Program-made: the position numbers and the translations under genes
The notes under the pieces: model-generated
The model's input: only the letters and a program-made list of their open reading frames with translations
Told to the model about the DNA's origin: nothing
Databases searched by the model: none
Part shown: positions 17,228 through 25,254 of the stretch, in pieces
How the letters are laid out: each line of letters starts with the position of its first letter
How positions within the stretch are numbered: position 1 is the stretch's first letter
From: Alphaproteobacteria bacterium
GTDB lineage: Bacteria > Pseudomonadota > Alphaproteobacteria > CACIAM-22H2
Assembly: GCA_035506575.1 (NCBI GenBank)
Contig: DATJPD010000082.1
Coordinates: 18,566-82,565 of the forward strand
DNA length: 64,000 bases
Direction of reading: 5' to 3'

Positions 17228-19048
17228 TTACAGGGCCCGGGGGCCCTTCACTTCGACCGGGCGGGCGCCTTCGGCCGCATCCGTGATATCGGCCCACACG
17301 ATCAACGTACCGCCGTCGGGCGTGCGCAGATCGCGGGCCAGCAGCCGGCGGCCGTTCACATCATGGATCACCGGCTCGCCGGCGGCGGCGCGGTGGCGGG
17401 CGAGCCGCTCGGCCAGGATCTCCGCCGCACGCCCCGGCGGCGACGGCACGTCGCCGAGCCGGATGCTCTCCCAATAGAACCGCTCGAAGGTCACCCCGGG
17501 CACCAGGAATTTCGCCGCACGCCCCGAGCTTCGGCGGTACAGCTCGTTGCACACCACGAAGCGGTCTTCGGCGTCCCAGAACGAGAACCCGTTGGCCCCG
17601 TGTTCCATGGCGTACAGGAACCGCATGTTCGCCCGCGACGAGGCGCTGCGCTCCTCCACGACGGCCGTGATGTCGCGGGCGACGCCGCGATAGCCGACGA
17701 AATTGCCGCGCGCATCGAAGCGCGGCATACCGCTGAGATTGAGATGCGCGATGCGTCCCGCGGGCGTGCGGACCTGGCAGAGGAATTCGCGGAACAGGCG
17801 CTGGGCGGCGATGTCGTCCTCGAGCTGCCCGACCGTCAGATCGCCCGGCTGGGTGATCATCAGGTCCCGCAGGCTGCGTCCCAGCGCGTCGTGCACGGGA
17901 AAGCCGGTGTGGCCGTGCCCGGCGCGCGACACATAGCTGAAGCGCAAGTCCCCGTCGGTTTCCCAATACCAGTCCGATGCGGCCTCGGCGAAATCGCGAA
18001 AGCGCGCCTCGCTGCGCTCGCGGCGCCGCAGCTGCAGCACCAGAAGCGCGATCAGGGCCGCGATGACAATATCGGCACCGATCACCCAGATGCCGGCCAC
18101 GGAAGCGTGGCGCCACCACTCGTCGAGAACCACCGAGGTGTCGAGCACGGTGCGCACGACGACCGGATAATCGTCGAGTGCCGCATAGCCGTAGAGCCGG
18201 TCGATATGATCGGAGCCACTGATTCCGCGCGTCGAGCCGATCTTGTCCTGGGTGAGAAGTTGATGCAGGTTGAAATTCTCGACCGCACGGCCGACCCGGC
18301 CCTCGATCCACGGATAGCGCGCAAGCATGACCTCATCGGTGGTCAGGAGCGCGATCGCGGAATGCGGTCCGAGGTCGATGGCCGCGTACAATCGCGACAG
18401 ATACACGGGGTCGATGTCGGCCCCGACCACCCCGAGAAAGCGACCGTTGGCATCCTCCATGCGGCGCGTCAGCAGGAAGACCCATTGCCCGTCGACCCGG
18501 CTCCGGAAGCTGGGCGTCACCAGCGGGCCCATCTGCCCTGCCTGGTGCGCCACGAAATAAGGCTGCTCCACGGCGGAGACCCGCGGCGGCGGGAAACTCC
18601 TCGCGCTGTAAAGGGCATTGCCCTGGGCGTCGGTGACGAAGAGGTTCTTGAGCTGCGGCAAGGTCGGAACGATCGACTGCAGCATCCGATGTCGGGTCTC
18701 GTCGTCCGAGCCGGGGTTGCTCGCGAGGTCGTTGATGATGCTGAGCACCGCAAGGTCGGCGCCCTTGAACGCCGCCAAAGTCTGCTGCGACTGGCTGAGC
18801 GCCAGCCGTCGCAGATCTATCTGCGCCTTGTCGAGCGCGTCGCTCCGCATCTCCCATAGGACGAGCGCCGCCGCAGCCATCGATGCCGCGATCAGGACGA
18901 TCCCGAACCAGATCAAGAGACGGCTGGGCGTCCGGCTGATCCACGGATCGGCCTCGCCCCACCGGTCTGGGGGCTCGAACGGCGGGGGCGCGCCTGCGGC
19001 GCTGGACTCCTGGGGGCTCATGGCAACAGGAGGAAAGTATAGCGGCAT
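17228..19048 (-). CDS. Membrane sensor protein: periplasmic Cache-like domain, TM helix and two cytoplasmic PAS domains, with no recognisable output domain
   Basis: 606 aa. TM1 is LLIWFGIVLIAASMAAAALVL and TM2 is VAGIWVIGADIVIAALIALLVL. The first PAS is FRDFAEAASDWYWETDGDLRFSYVS; a second, PAS_7-like, is FLYAMEHGANGFSFWDAEDRFVVCN. The protein ends ~20 aa after the second PAS. An alternative start MSPQESS lies at 19021. Confidence 0.8.
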   Translation of the reverse strand: MPLYFPPVAMSPQESSAAGAPPPFEPPDRWGEADPWISRTPSRLLIWFGIVLIAASMAAAALVLWEMRSDALDKAQIDLRRLALSQSQQTLAAFKGADLAVLSIINDLASNPGSDDETRHRMLQSIVPTLPQLKNLFVTDAQGNALYSARSFPPPRVSAVEQPYFVAHQAGQMGPLVTPSFRSRVDGQWVFLLTRRMEDANGRFLGVVGADIDPVYLSRLYAAIDLGPHSAIALLTTDEVMLARYPWIEGRVGRAVENFNLHQLLTQDKIGSTRGISGSDHIDRLYGYAALDDYPVVVRTVLDTSVVLDEWWRHASVAGIWVIGADIVIAALIALLVLQLRRRERSEARFRDFAEAASDWYWETDGDLRFSYVSRAGHGHTGFPVHDALGRSLRDLMITQPGDLTVGQLEDDIAAQRLFREFLCQVRTPAGRIAHLNLSGMPRFDARGNFVGYRGVARDITAVVEERSASSRANMRFLYAMEHGANGFSFWDAEDRFVVCNELYRRSSGRAAKFLVPGVTFERFYWESIRLGDVPSPPGRAAEILAERLARHRAAAGEPVIHDVNGRRLLARDLRTPDGGTLIVWADITDAAEGARPVEVKGPRAL

Positions 19049-19122
19049 TGCAGGCCGGGTCCATCGCCCCCGGCGGCCCGGGCATGTTAAGACAGATGCG
19101 CCGTCACCGCTCGAGGATATCC

Positions 19123-20421
19123 ATGCCCGACGAGAAACCCCGCAGCTTCGGCTTCGAGACGCGCGCCGTACACGCCGGCGCCACGCCCGATCCGGTCACC
19201 GGTGCCCGCAGCACGCCGATCTATCAGACGACGGCCTATGTGTTCGATGACGTCGACCATGCGGCTTCGCTCTTCAACCTGCAGACCTTCGGGTACATCT
19301 ACAGCCGGCTCACCAACCCGACGGTCGCCGTGCTCGAGGAGCGCCTGGCCAATCTCGAAGGCGGCCGCGGCTGCGTCTGCGCAGCCTCGGGTCATGCGGC
19401 CCAGCTCCTCACCTTCTTCACGTTGATGGACAATGGCGACGAATTCGTCGCCAGCCGCAACCTCTATGGCGGGTCGATCACGCAGTTCACCCACAGCTTC
19501 AAGAAATTCGGCTGGACCGCCCGTTTTGTCGACCCCGCGGATCCCAAGAATTTCGAAGCCGCACTGACGCCCAAGTGCAAGGCGATCTTCGTCGAGAGCC
19601 TCGCCAACCCGGGCGGCGTCATCGTCGACCTTGAGCCCATCGGCGAGATCGCGCGGCGGGCGGGGATTCCGCTGATCGTCGACAACACGATGGCGACGCC
19701 CTATCTGTGCCGGCCGTTCGAATGGGGGGCCGATCTGGTCGTGCACTCGACCACCAAGTTCCTGTCCGGCCATGGCAACTCGATGGGCGGAGCGGTCATC
19801 GAATCCGGCCGCTTCGACTGGGGGAAGAGCGGAAAATTCCCGTCGATGAGCGGCCCCGATCCTGCCTACCACGGGCTCAGCTTCGCCGAGACCTTCGGCG
19901 ATTTCGGCTTCACCATGAAGGCCCGCGCGGTCTCCCTGCGCGACCTGGGCCCGACGATGGCGCCGTTCAACGCGTTCCTCACGATCACCGGCATCGAGAC
20001 CCTGCACCTGCGCATGGAGCGCCACGTCGAGAATGCGCTGGCGGTGGCGGAGTTCCTGGAGCGGCACCCGGCGGTGAGCTGGGTGTCGTACGCGGGCCTG
20101 ACATCGAGCCCCTACCGCAAGCTGGTCGAAAGATACATGCCGCGCGGCGCCGGTTCGGTATTCACGTTCGGCGTCAAAGGCGGCTTTGCCGCCGGCGTCA
20201 AACTCGTCGAGACCGTGGAGCTGTTCTCGCATCTCGCGAATATCGGCGACACGCGTTCGCTCATCATTCACCCGGCCTCCACCACCCACCGCCAGCTCAC
20301 CGAAGAGCAGCAGGTCAAGGCGGGCGCCGGCCCGGATGTGATCCGCCTGTCGGTCGGGATCGAGACCGCCTCTGACTTGATCGCGGACCTCGACCGGGCG
20401 CTCCGCGCGGCCGCGGGCTGA
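19123..20421 (+). CDS. metY: O-acetylhomoserine sulfhydrylase (aminocarboxypropyltransferase)
   Basis: ORF 19048..20421 trimmed to MPDEKPRSFGFETRAVHAG at 19123, with GAGGAT upstream. The PLP-lysine region is HSTTKFLSGHGNSMGG. Confidence 0.9.
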   Translation: MPDEKPRSFGFETRAVHAGATPDPVTGARSTPIYQTTAYVFDDVDHAASLFNLQTFGYIYSRLTNPTVAVLEERLANLEGGRGCVCAASGHAAQLLTFFTLMDNGDEFVASRNLYGGSITQFTHSFKKFGWTARFVDPADPKNFEAALTPKCKAIFVESLANPGGVIVDLEPIGEIARRAGIPLIVDNTMATPYLCRPFEWGADLVVHSTTKFLSGHGNSMGGAVIESGRFDWGKSGKFPSMSGPDPAYHGLSFAETFGDFGFTMKARAVSLRDLGPTMAPFNAFLTITGIETLHLRMERHVENALAVAEFLERHPAVSWVSYAGLTSSPYRKLVERYMPRGAGSVFTFGVKGGFAAGVKLVETVELFSHLANIGDTRSLIIHPASTTHRQLTEEQQVKAGAGPDVIRLSVGIETASDLIADLDRALRAAAG

Positions 20422-20424
20422 TGT

Positions 20425-21204
20425 TCAGACCACCTCAAATTCCATGAGCTGGATCGGCGCCTGGAAATAGGCGCGGCGGAAAGAGTCCTGGTTCGCGTAT
20501 CTGCTCTGCGGCAGCCGCTTGTATCCCAGCTGCAAACGCAAGGACGGGCGCTCGAACGGATACGGATCGAACCGGACCTTGCGCGGCCCGAGCGCTGTCA
20601 GCCTCAGCGGGATGCCGTCGCGCTTCGAGCTGCCATAGGCGGTGGGTACCGGCTCGATGTAATCGTCACACGGCTCGGCGCAGCAGAAGTACAGTCCAAG
20701 CAGGTCCCACACCTGCAGCAGCCGATAGTTGGTCCATACCTCGTCAGGATCGAACGCTTTGCGCGCCTCCGCCTGACGCTTTTCGTCGCGCTCGATATAC
20801 GCCGCGACCTCGGGCCGGTCGTAGCGCGCGTAATTGTCCGGATGGGTGATCGTGTCGTAACGGTGCCGCCAAAGTCCCGTCCGGTGCATGCTGACGATCA
20901 GCCCGGAATAAGGGTCGATATCGGTCATCCAGTCGCTGCACCACTGGTACGCGTCGAGCTGTTTCTGGCTGAACGGCAACGTGCGGAACTCCGGCGTATC
21001 GCCGCTCTCCAGCAAAATCGGGCTGGTCTCGTAGCGCAGCCAGCCGAAATCATGAAAGGTCGCGGCGCGCACCACCGAATCGTACGGCCTCGGTGCCGCA
21101 AACCGCCCGTTCCCCCAATGCGCCGCCATCTGGCCGACCAGACGGGAGTGATCGGTCTGGCCGATCAGCGTCAGCTGTCCGTCGCTTTCCTTGCGTACGA
21201 TCAC
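20425..21204 (-). CDS. DUF3891-family protein (HD-like metal-binding motifs)
   Basis: This is the C-terminal 260 codons of ORF 20425..21819. GTG start at 21204 is preceded by GGAGGA 7 nt upstream. The sequence begins (M)IVRKESDGQLTLIGQTDHSRLVGQMAAHWGN...AATFHDFGW. It overlaps the upstream gene by 4 nt. Confidence 0.7.
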   Translation of the reverse strand: MIVRKESDGQLTLIGQTDHSRLVGQMAAHWGNGRFAAPRPYDSVVRAATFHDFGWLRYETSPILLESGDTPEFRTLPFSQKQLDAYQWCSDWMTDIDPYSGLIVSMHRTGLWRHRYDTITHPDNYARYDRPEVAAYIERDEKRQAEARKAFDPDEVWTNYRLLQVWDLLGLYFCCAEPCDDYIEPVPTAYGSSKRDGIPLRLTALGPRKVRFDPYPFERPSLRLQLGYKRLPQSRYANQDSFRRAYFQAPIQLMEFEVV

Positions 21205-21914
21205 GGGGATATCCTCCGTTCGTTCGAAGCCGAATTGGGCGCCAGGGCGGCGCACAGCTGCGCCGTACTCGTGACCCAGCCGAGGAAGGTCTCCACCGAG
21301 TAGACGACCGCCTTCTGGACGAAATCCGGTCCCGATTGCTGCGTCGCGTCCTCGACCAGGATGCAGAAATACTCGCGATGGAACGCCTCGCGCAGCGTCG
21401 ATTCCACGCACACGTTGGTGGCGATACCGGTAAAGATCAGGTGCCGGATGTTGCGCGAGCGCAGGATGTTGTCGAGATCGGTGCCGCAAAAGCCGCTGTA
21501 ACGGGCTTTGGGCAGCACGAACTCGTCCGGCCGCGGCACCAGCTCCCCGACCAGTGCGTGGCCCCACGTGCCGTGGGTCAGGATCGTACCGGCGAGCTCG
21601 GGCCGCGCGCGCATCAGCTTCAGCGGGTTGGATTTGTGCCAGTTCGGCGAGTCCGGTCCGCCGGCGTTCCTGAGCGCCGCATCCCAGCCGTTCTGCAGGA
21701 AAACGACGGTCGTGCCCGCCGCGCGCGCGGCATCGAGAACGCGCGCCGTATTGGCGATGACGCCCTTGGCGGGGCCGATATCGCGCCCCATGAGGTCGCG
21801 ATATCCGCGCGGCGAGCAATAATCGTTCTGCATGTCGACGACGACCAGCGCCGTCGTGGCGGCCGAAAATTCGATCGGCTCCGGACGCGCGTTGAGGTGG
21901 AACGAGCTCGGCAT
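21201..21914 (-). CDS. RutB-like isochorismatase-family amidohydrolase (ureidoacrylate amidohydrolase-like)
   Basis: ORF 21201..21953. The start is most likely MPSSFHLNARPEPIEFS at 21914, 4 nt after the upstream stop. There is extended similarity to E. coli RutB as I remember it: ALVVVDMQNDY, FLQNGWD, GGPDSPNWHKSN, LPKARYSGF, and FTGIATNVCVESTLRE with the catalytic Cys. Confidence 0.85.
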   Translation of the reverse strand: MPSSFHLNARPEPIEFSAATTALVVVDMQNDYCSPRGYRDLMGRDIGPAKGVIANTARVLDAARAAGTTVVFLQNGWDAALRNAGGPDSPNWHKSNPLKLMRARPELAGTILTHGTWGHALVGELVPRPDEFVLPKARYSGFCGTDLDNILRSRNIRHLIFTGIATNVCVESTLREAFHREYFCILVEDATQQSGPDFVQKAVVYSVETFLGWVTSTAQLCAALAPNSASNERRISP

Positions 21915-21918
21915 GGGT

Positions 21919-22134
21919 TCACGCGGGGCGATGCGGCGCATCTGGATCGACATGAACGGCGAGCTCGTCGTCCGACGCCCAGACGAGGCCGGCCAGGATC
22001 AGGGGGTCGAGACAGATCGCCATGCCGGTCTGCGCGTCCTCGATGCGCAGGCGTGGCGCGTGGCCCTCGCGGTCCAACGACAGGTGTACCTGCGCGAATT
22101 CGTTCGCCAGCGTCCATGTTTCACGGGTGCTCAT
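21919..22134 (-). CDS. Small hypothetical protein (71 aa)
   Basis: ORF track. A strong SD (GGGAGGAGG) lies just upstream of the ATG and third-position GC is high. It sits between the oxygenase beta subunit and the RutB-like gene. It has a single Cys, so it is not a ferredoxin. Confidence 0.55.
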   Translation of the reverse strand: MSTRETWTLANEFAQVHLSLDREGHAPRLRIEDAQTGMAICLDPLILAGLVWASDDELAVHVDPDAPHRPA

Positions 22135-22149
22135 CGCCTCCTCCCGCGC

Positions 22150-22644
22150 TCAGACAAGATAGGGAATCCCGTCGAGCGGCTCGTCGCATTTCAGCAGCGC
22201 CACTTTCTTTCTCGCGATCTTCCAATCCGCGCCGTTCCGCGCCAGGCGGAACTCGCAGCGCGCCGAATGGATCGCCTGCTTGTGGCGGGTGAGCGCAAAC
22301 AGGACCATGACCGCCGATACCACGAGCGTGCCATCCGCGGCCTCCTCTTCGATCGCGACATTCGAGATCGCCCGGTGCATGCGCGACGGCGGATCCTGCG
22401 CGTGGGCATAGCCGGACTTCAGACGGGCGACGCGGCGCTCCATGTCGGCGCGCGTGTCGTAGATGATCGACACGTGCTGCGCCGGATCGATGTCCCCGTG
22501 GCCGGCCGGCAGCCAATAGATGGCGTCGGCCGTGAACATGTCGAGCCAGTCGTCGAACCGGCCTTCGTCCAGGAGCCGCGCCTCGCGGTACAGGACCTGC
22601 TCGATCGCGGTGCGGTCGATCGCGACGGGGCGCTCAACTCCCAT
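22150..22644 (-). CDS. Aromatic-ring-hydroxylating dioxygenase, beta (small) subunit
   Basis: ORF 22150..22665 trimmed to MGVERPVAIDR. It has the NTF2/SnoaL-like RHO-beta pattern (IEQVLYREARLLDEGRFDDWLDMFTADAIYWLP). It overlaps the alpha subunit stop by 11 nt. Confidence 0.85.
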   Translation of the reverse strand: MGVERPVAIDRTAIEQVLYREARLLDEGRFDDWLDMFTADAIYWLPAGHGDIDPAQHVSIIYDTRADMERRVARLKSGYAHAQDPPSRMHRAISNVAIEEEAADGTLVVSAVMVLFALTRHKQAIHSARCEFRLARNGADWKIARKKVALLKCDEPLDGIPYLV

Positions 22645-23803
22645 GCGCCGCCTCCGGCCGCGCATCGGCAGTCATCAGGTCTTTCCAGCGCCGGTACATG
22701 CCGCGGTGCTGCGTCTCGTCAGTCATCGTGCTGGAGAGATATCCGCCGTGCATCTGCTCGCGCTCCAGTCCGCGCGCGAACACCAGCCATTCGACCGCCG
22801 AGCTCTGCAGACCCTCCTGGGTGCGCTCGAAGATCTCCAGATCGTCGGCGTAGACGACGCCGGCCGGCCCGAACTCGAACTCCTGCCAGCGCATGCGGCT
22901 GAGGTTCAGTTCCTCCGGCACGTTTTGCAGCCGCACGACATTCGTGTAGATCTCCGTCCGGTTGACCGCGACCGGCCTGATCGTGCGGATCTGCGTGCGC
23001 AGCAGGACGAGGTTTGGAAACACGACGACATTGAAGCCGCCGTTGGGCGAACCGCTCGCGGGCAAAGGTCCGGTGTCGCGATGGTCGGTCACCCCGTGGC
23101 CATCCATGTCGACGACCCTGCCCTTCGCCTCGGCGTAGATCTTGAGCGCCTCTTCGGTGAACGTGCTGCGGTGCAGATATTGGACGTGGTACGGGTCGAC
23201 GCCGTTCTCGATCTGGTATTTCCAGTTGCCGTCATAGGCGCATTTCTGCAGGCCCCGGAACACCTCGATCTCACCGGTAGGCGAGACCTTGCAGAATTCA
23301 TCCAGCAGCTCCTTCGTGCCGCCGAGATGCGCATCGAGCGTCGGCCCCTCCGCAGCCATGCTGCCGAAGATGAATCCGCGATGGACAGCAAGCCGGGGCA
23401 CGCGCGCCAGGCTCAGCTCCTCGCGCACGAACGAGGGGCCGTAGCCGCCCGGGTGCGGCACGCCCACGAGCTTGCCGCCGTTGCCGTAGGTCCAGCCGTG
23501 GTAGGCGCAGCGGAAAAACCGCGCGTTGCCGAATTCCTGCTGGCACACGGTGGCGCCGCGGTGGCGGCAGCGGTTGACCAGTGCCGTCACCTCGCCGTCG
23601 CTCTGACGGGCCACGATGATCGGGTGCCTGCCGATGAAGGTCGTCTTGTAATCGCCGGCCTCGCCGATCTCGCTCGTATGGCCAAGATAGACCCAGGAAC
23701 GGCCGAAGATCCGCTCCATCTCGAGATCGAAGATCTCGGGATCTGTGTAGACCGCGCGATGCACCGCGTCGCGCCTGATCAAGCCCGAGAGATCGCGTTC
23801 CAT
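22634..23803 (-). CDS. Rieske [2Fe-2S] non-heme-iron oxygenase, alpha (large) subunit
   Basis: ORF 22634..23836 trimmed to MERDLSG at 23803, with GGAGGAAAG upstream. The Rieske motif is CRHRG...CAYHGW. The mononuclear iron motif is NGVDPYHVQYLH. Confidence 0.9.
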   Translation of the reverse strand: MERDLSGLIRRDAVHRAVYTDPEIFDLEMERIFGRSWVYLGHTSEIGEAGDYKTTFIGRHPIIVARQSDGEVTALVNRCRHRGATVCQQEFGNARFFRCAYHGWTYGNGGKLVGVPHPGGYGPSFVREELSLARVPRLAVHRGFIFGSMAAEGPTLDAHLGGTKELLDEFCKVSPTGEIEVFRGLQKCAYDGNWKYQIENGVDPYHVQYLHRSTFTEEALKIYAEAKGRVVDMDGHGVTDHRDTGPLPASGSPNGGFNVVVFPNLVLLRTQIRTIRPVAVNRTEIYTNVVRLQNVPEELNLSRMRWQEFEFGPAGVVYADDLEIFERTQEGLQSSAVEWLVFARGLEREQMHGGYLSSTMTDETQHRGMYRRWKDLMTADARPEAAHGS

Positions 23804-23813
23804 CTTTCCTCCT

Positions 23814-25235
23814 TCACTGCACGAGGCTCGCGACAATCTCGCGAATGTCGGCGAGCTCGTCGAGGCGACGTACGAGGTCGATGATCTTGTCGAGCCTGTC
23901 GGCCGGCGGCACGATCTTCGCGTAGCCGGCGTTGCTGCGAAATTTCGCCGCGATCTCTTCGAAGGACAGCGGCCGGGTAGGATGGCCGCGCGGCCGCTTC
24001 ACGGTCGCCCCATGTGTCCGTCCGTCGCGCGTGCGGATTTCCAGAACCCCGCCCTCTGGCCCGCCGGGCGGGCTCAAGCCCGGATCGAAGACGTAGGAGA
24101 TGCGCTCGGCCATCGCGAGCGCGGCCGCCTCGGATCGGTGCTTCCCCTTGAAATCGGCCAGCGTGACCGTGCCGTTGACGAGCACCTTGGCCAGGATGAA
24201 TGGCAGGCTGTTCATCGCCGCCGATGACGTGGGTGGACGGCGCCGCACGGCAAGCGGCTCGCTCATCGCACGCCCCCACACGCCGACGCGGACCGTGACG
24301 TCGGCGATGTCGCCCGGCGCGATGTCCTGTGCCGAGATCAACCCCAAGGCTGCCTCGATGAACGGATGCGTGACCAAAGTGCCCGGCCAGAATTTGAACA
24401 CCCGGTTGGCCGAGACGAATGTCTCGCCGAGGCCCGCGCCGAGGGGCCCCCGGTCGTAACGGCCGCCGTAGTGCGCGCCGAACAGGCCGGCCTTGCCGTC
24501 GAACACGGCACCTTGCGCCAGCACGCCGCACTCGGCGAGCAAGGCGCTTTGAACGCCGCCCTGGTTGCAGAAGGCGGCATAGAGCGTCTTGCCCATGCTG
24601 TCGGCGCTATGCACCACGAGCTCTTCGGTCCCGGCCGTCTGCATGAGCGCCAGGCCCAGCGCGCTGTGCATTTTGGCCGGCGTCAGGCCGAGCAGCCGTC
24701 CTGCCGCCGCCGCGGCGCTGAAATATCCGAAGATCTGGGTCGGGATCAGCGCCGGGAACTCATCCGAATCCTGGCCTTGGGCCATCGCCATGGCGAGGCG
24801 ATGCTGGATCTCGCAGCCCACGACGAGTGCCGCGATGAACTCCTGCCCGCTCACGGCCCGTCCCAGGCGCTCCGCTGCCGCGAACGCTGCCGGCACGACA
24901 CATACGGCGACATGTGTCTGCGGGCTCTCCAGGATGTCGTCATAGTCGAGAGCGCGCGCGAGCGTGCCGTTCGCCATCGCGGCCAATGCTGCCGGCACGC
25001 GCCGGCCGGTCGACCAGATCGCCGCCTCGGGTGCACCGCCCTGGGCGGTGACGAACTCGATCACCTCGGCACAGCCTTCGCCGATGCCCGAGGACGCCAG
25101 GGCCACGCCCAACGTATCGAGGACCGTGTTCTTGGCCACCGCCACGATCTCCGCCGGGACGTCCACGAACCGCAGAGACGCGGCGAACTGGCTGAGCGCC
25201 ACGACCGAATCCGGCTGGCTCATGGCGACGTTCAC
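23814..25235 (-). CDS. MmgE/PrpD-family protein (2-methylcitrate dehydratase superfamily)
   Basis: 473 aa. The N-terminus LSQFAASLRFVDVPAEIVAVAKNTVLDTLGVALAS and the segment ALDYDD are typical of the family. Confidence 0.9.
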   Translation of the reverse strand: MNVAMSQPDSVVALSQFAASLRFVDVPAEIVAVAKNTVLDTLGVALASSGIGEGCAEVIEFVTAQGGAPEAAIWSTGRRVPAALAAMANGTLARALDYDDILESPQTHVAVCVVPAAFAAAERLGRAVSGQEFIAALVVGCEIQHRLAMAMAQGQDSDEFPALIPTQIFGYFSAAAAAGRLLGLTPAKMHSALGLALMQTAGTEELVVHSADSMGKTLYAAFCNQGGVQSALLAECGVLAQGAVFDGKAGLFGAHYGGRYDRGPLGAGLGETFVSANRVFKFWPGTLVTHPFIEAALGLISAQDIAPGDIADVTVRVGVWGRAMSEPLAVRRRPPTSSAAMNSLPFILAKVLVNGTVTLADFKGKHRSEAAALAMAERISYVFDPGLSPPGGPEGGVLEIRTRDGRTHGATVKRPRGHPTRPLSFEEIAAKFRSNAGYAKIVPPADRLDKIIDLVRRLDELADIREIVASLVQ

Positions 25236-25254
25236 TCAGCCCTCCCGAGCGGGG

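Noticed and set aside
19049-19122. Possible SAM-II/metA-type riboswitch upstream of metY
   Set aside because: Only ~75 nt are available, shared with the divergent sensor gene start. I see no U-rich strand or AAAGCU-type 3' element as I remember it for SAM-II. Treat this as unverified and absent; a cmsearch run would settle it.
20425-21819. 464-aa reading of ORF 20425..21819 as one protein
   Set aside because: The N-terminal ~200 codons overlap the RutB-like gene out of frame and are Arg/Gly-rich. DUF3891 homology and a GGAGGA-GTG start begin at 21204.
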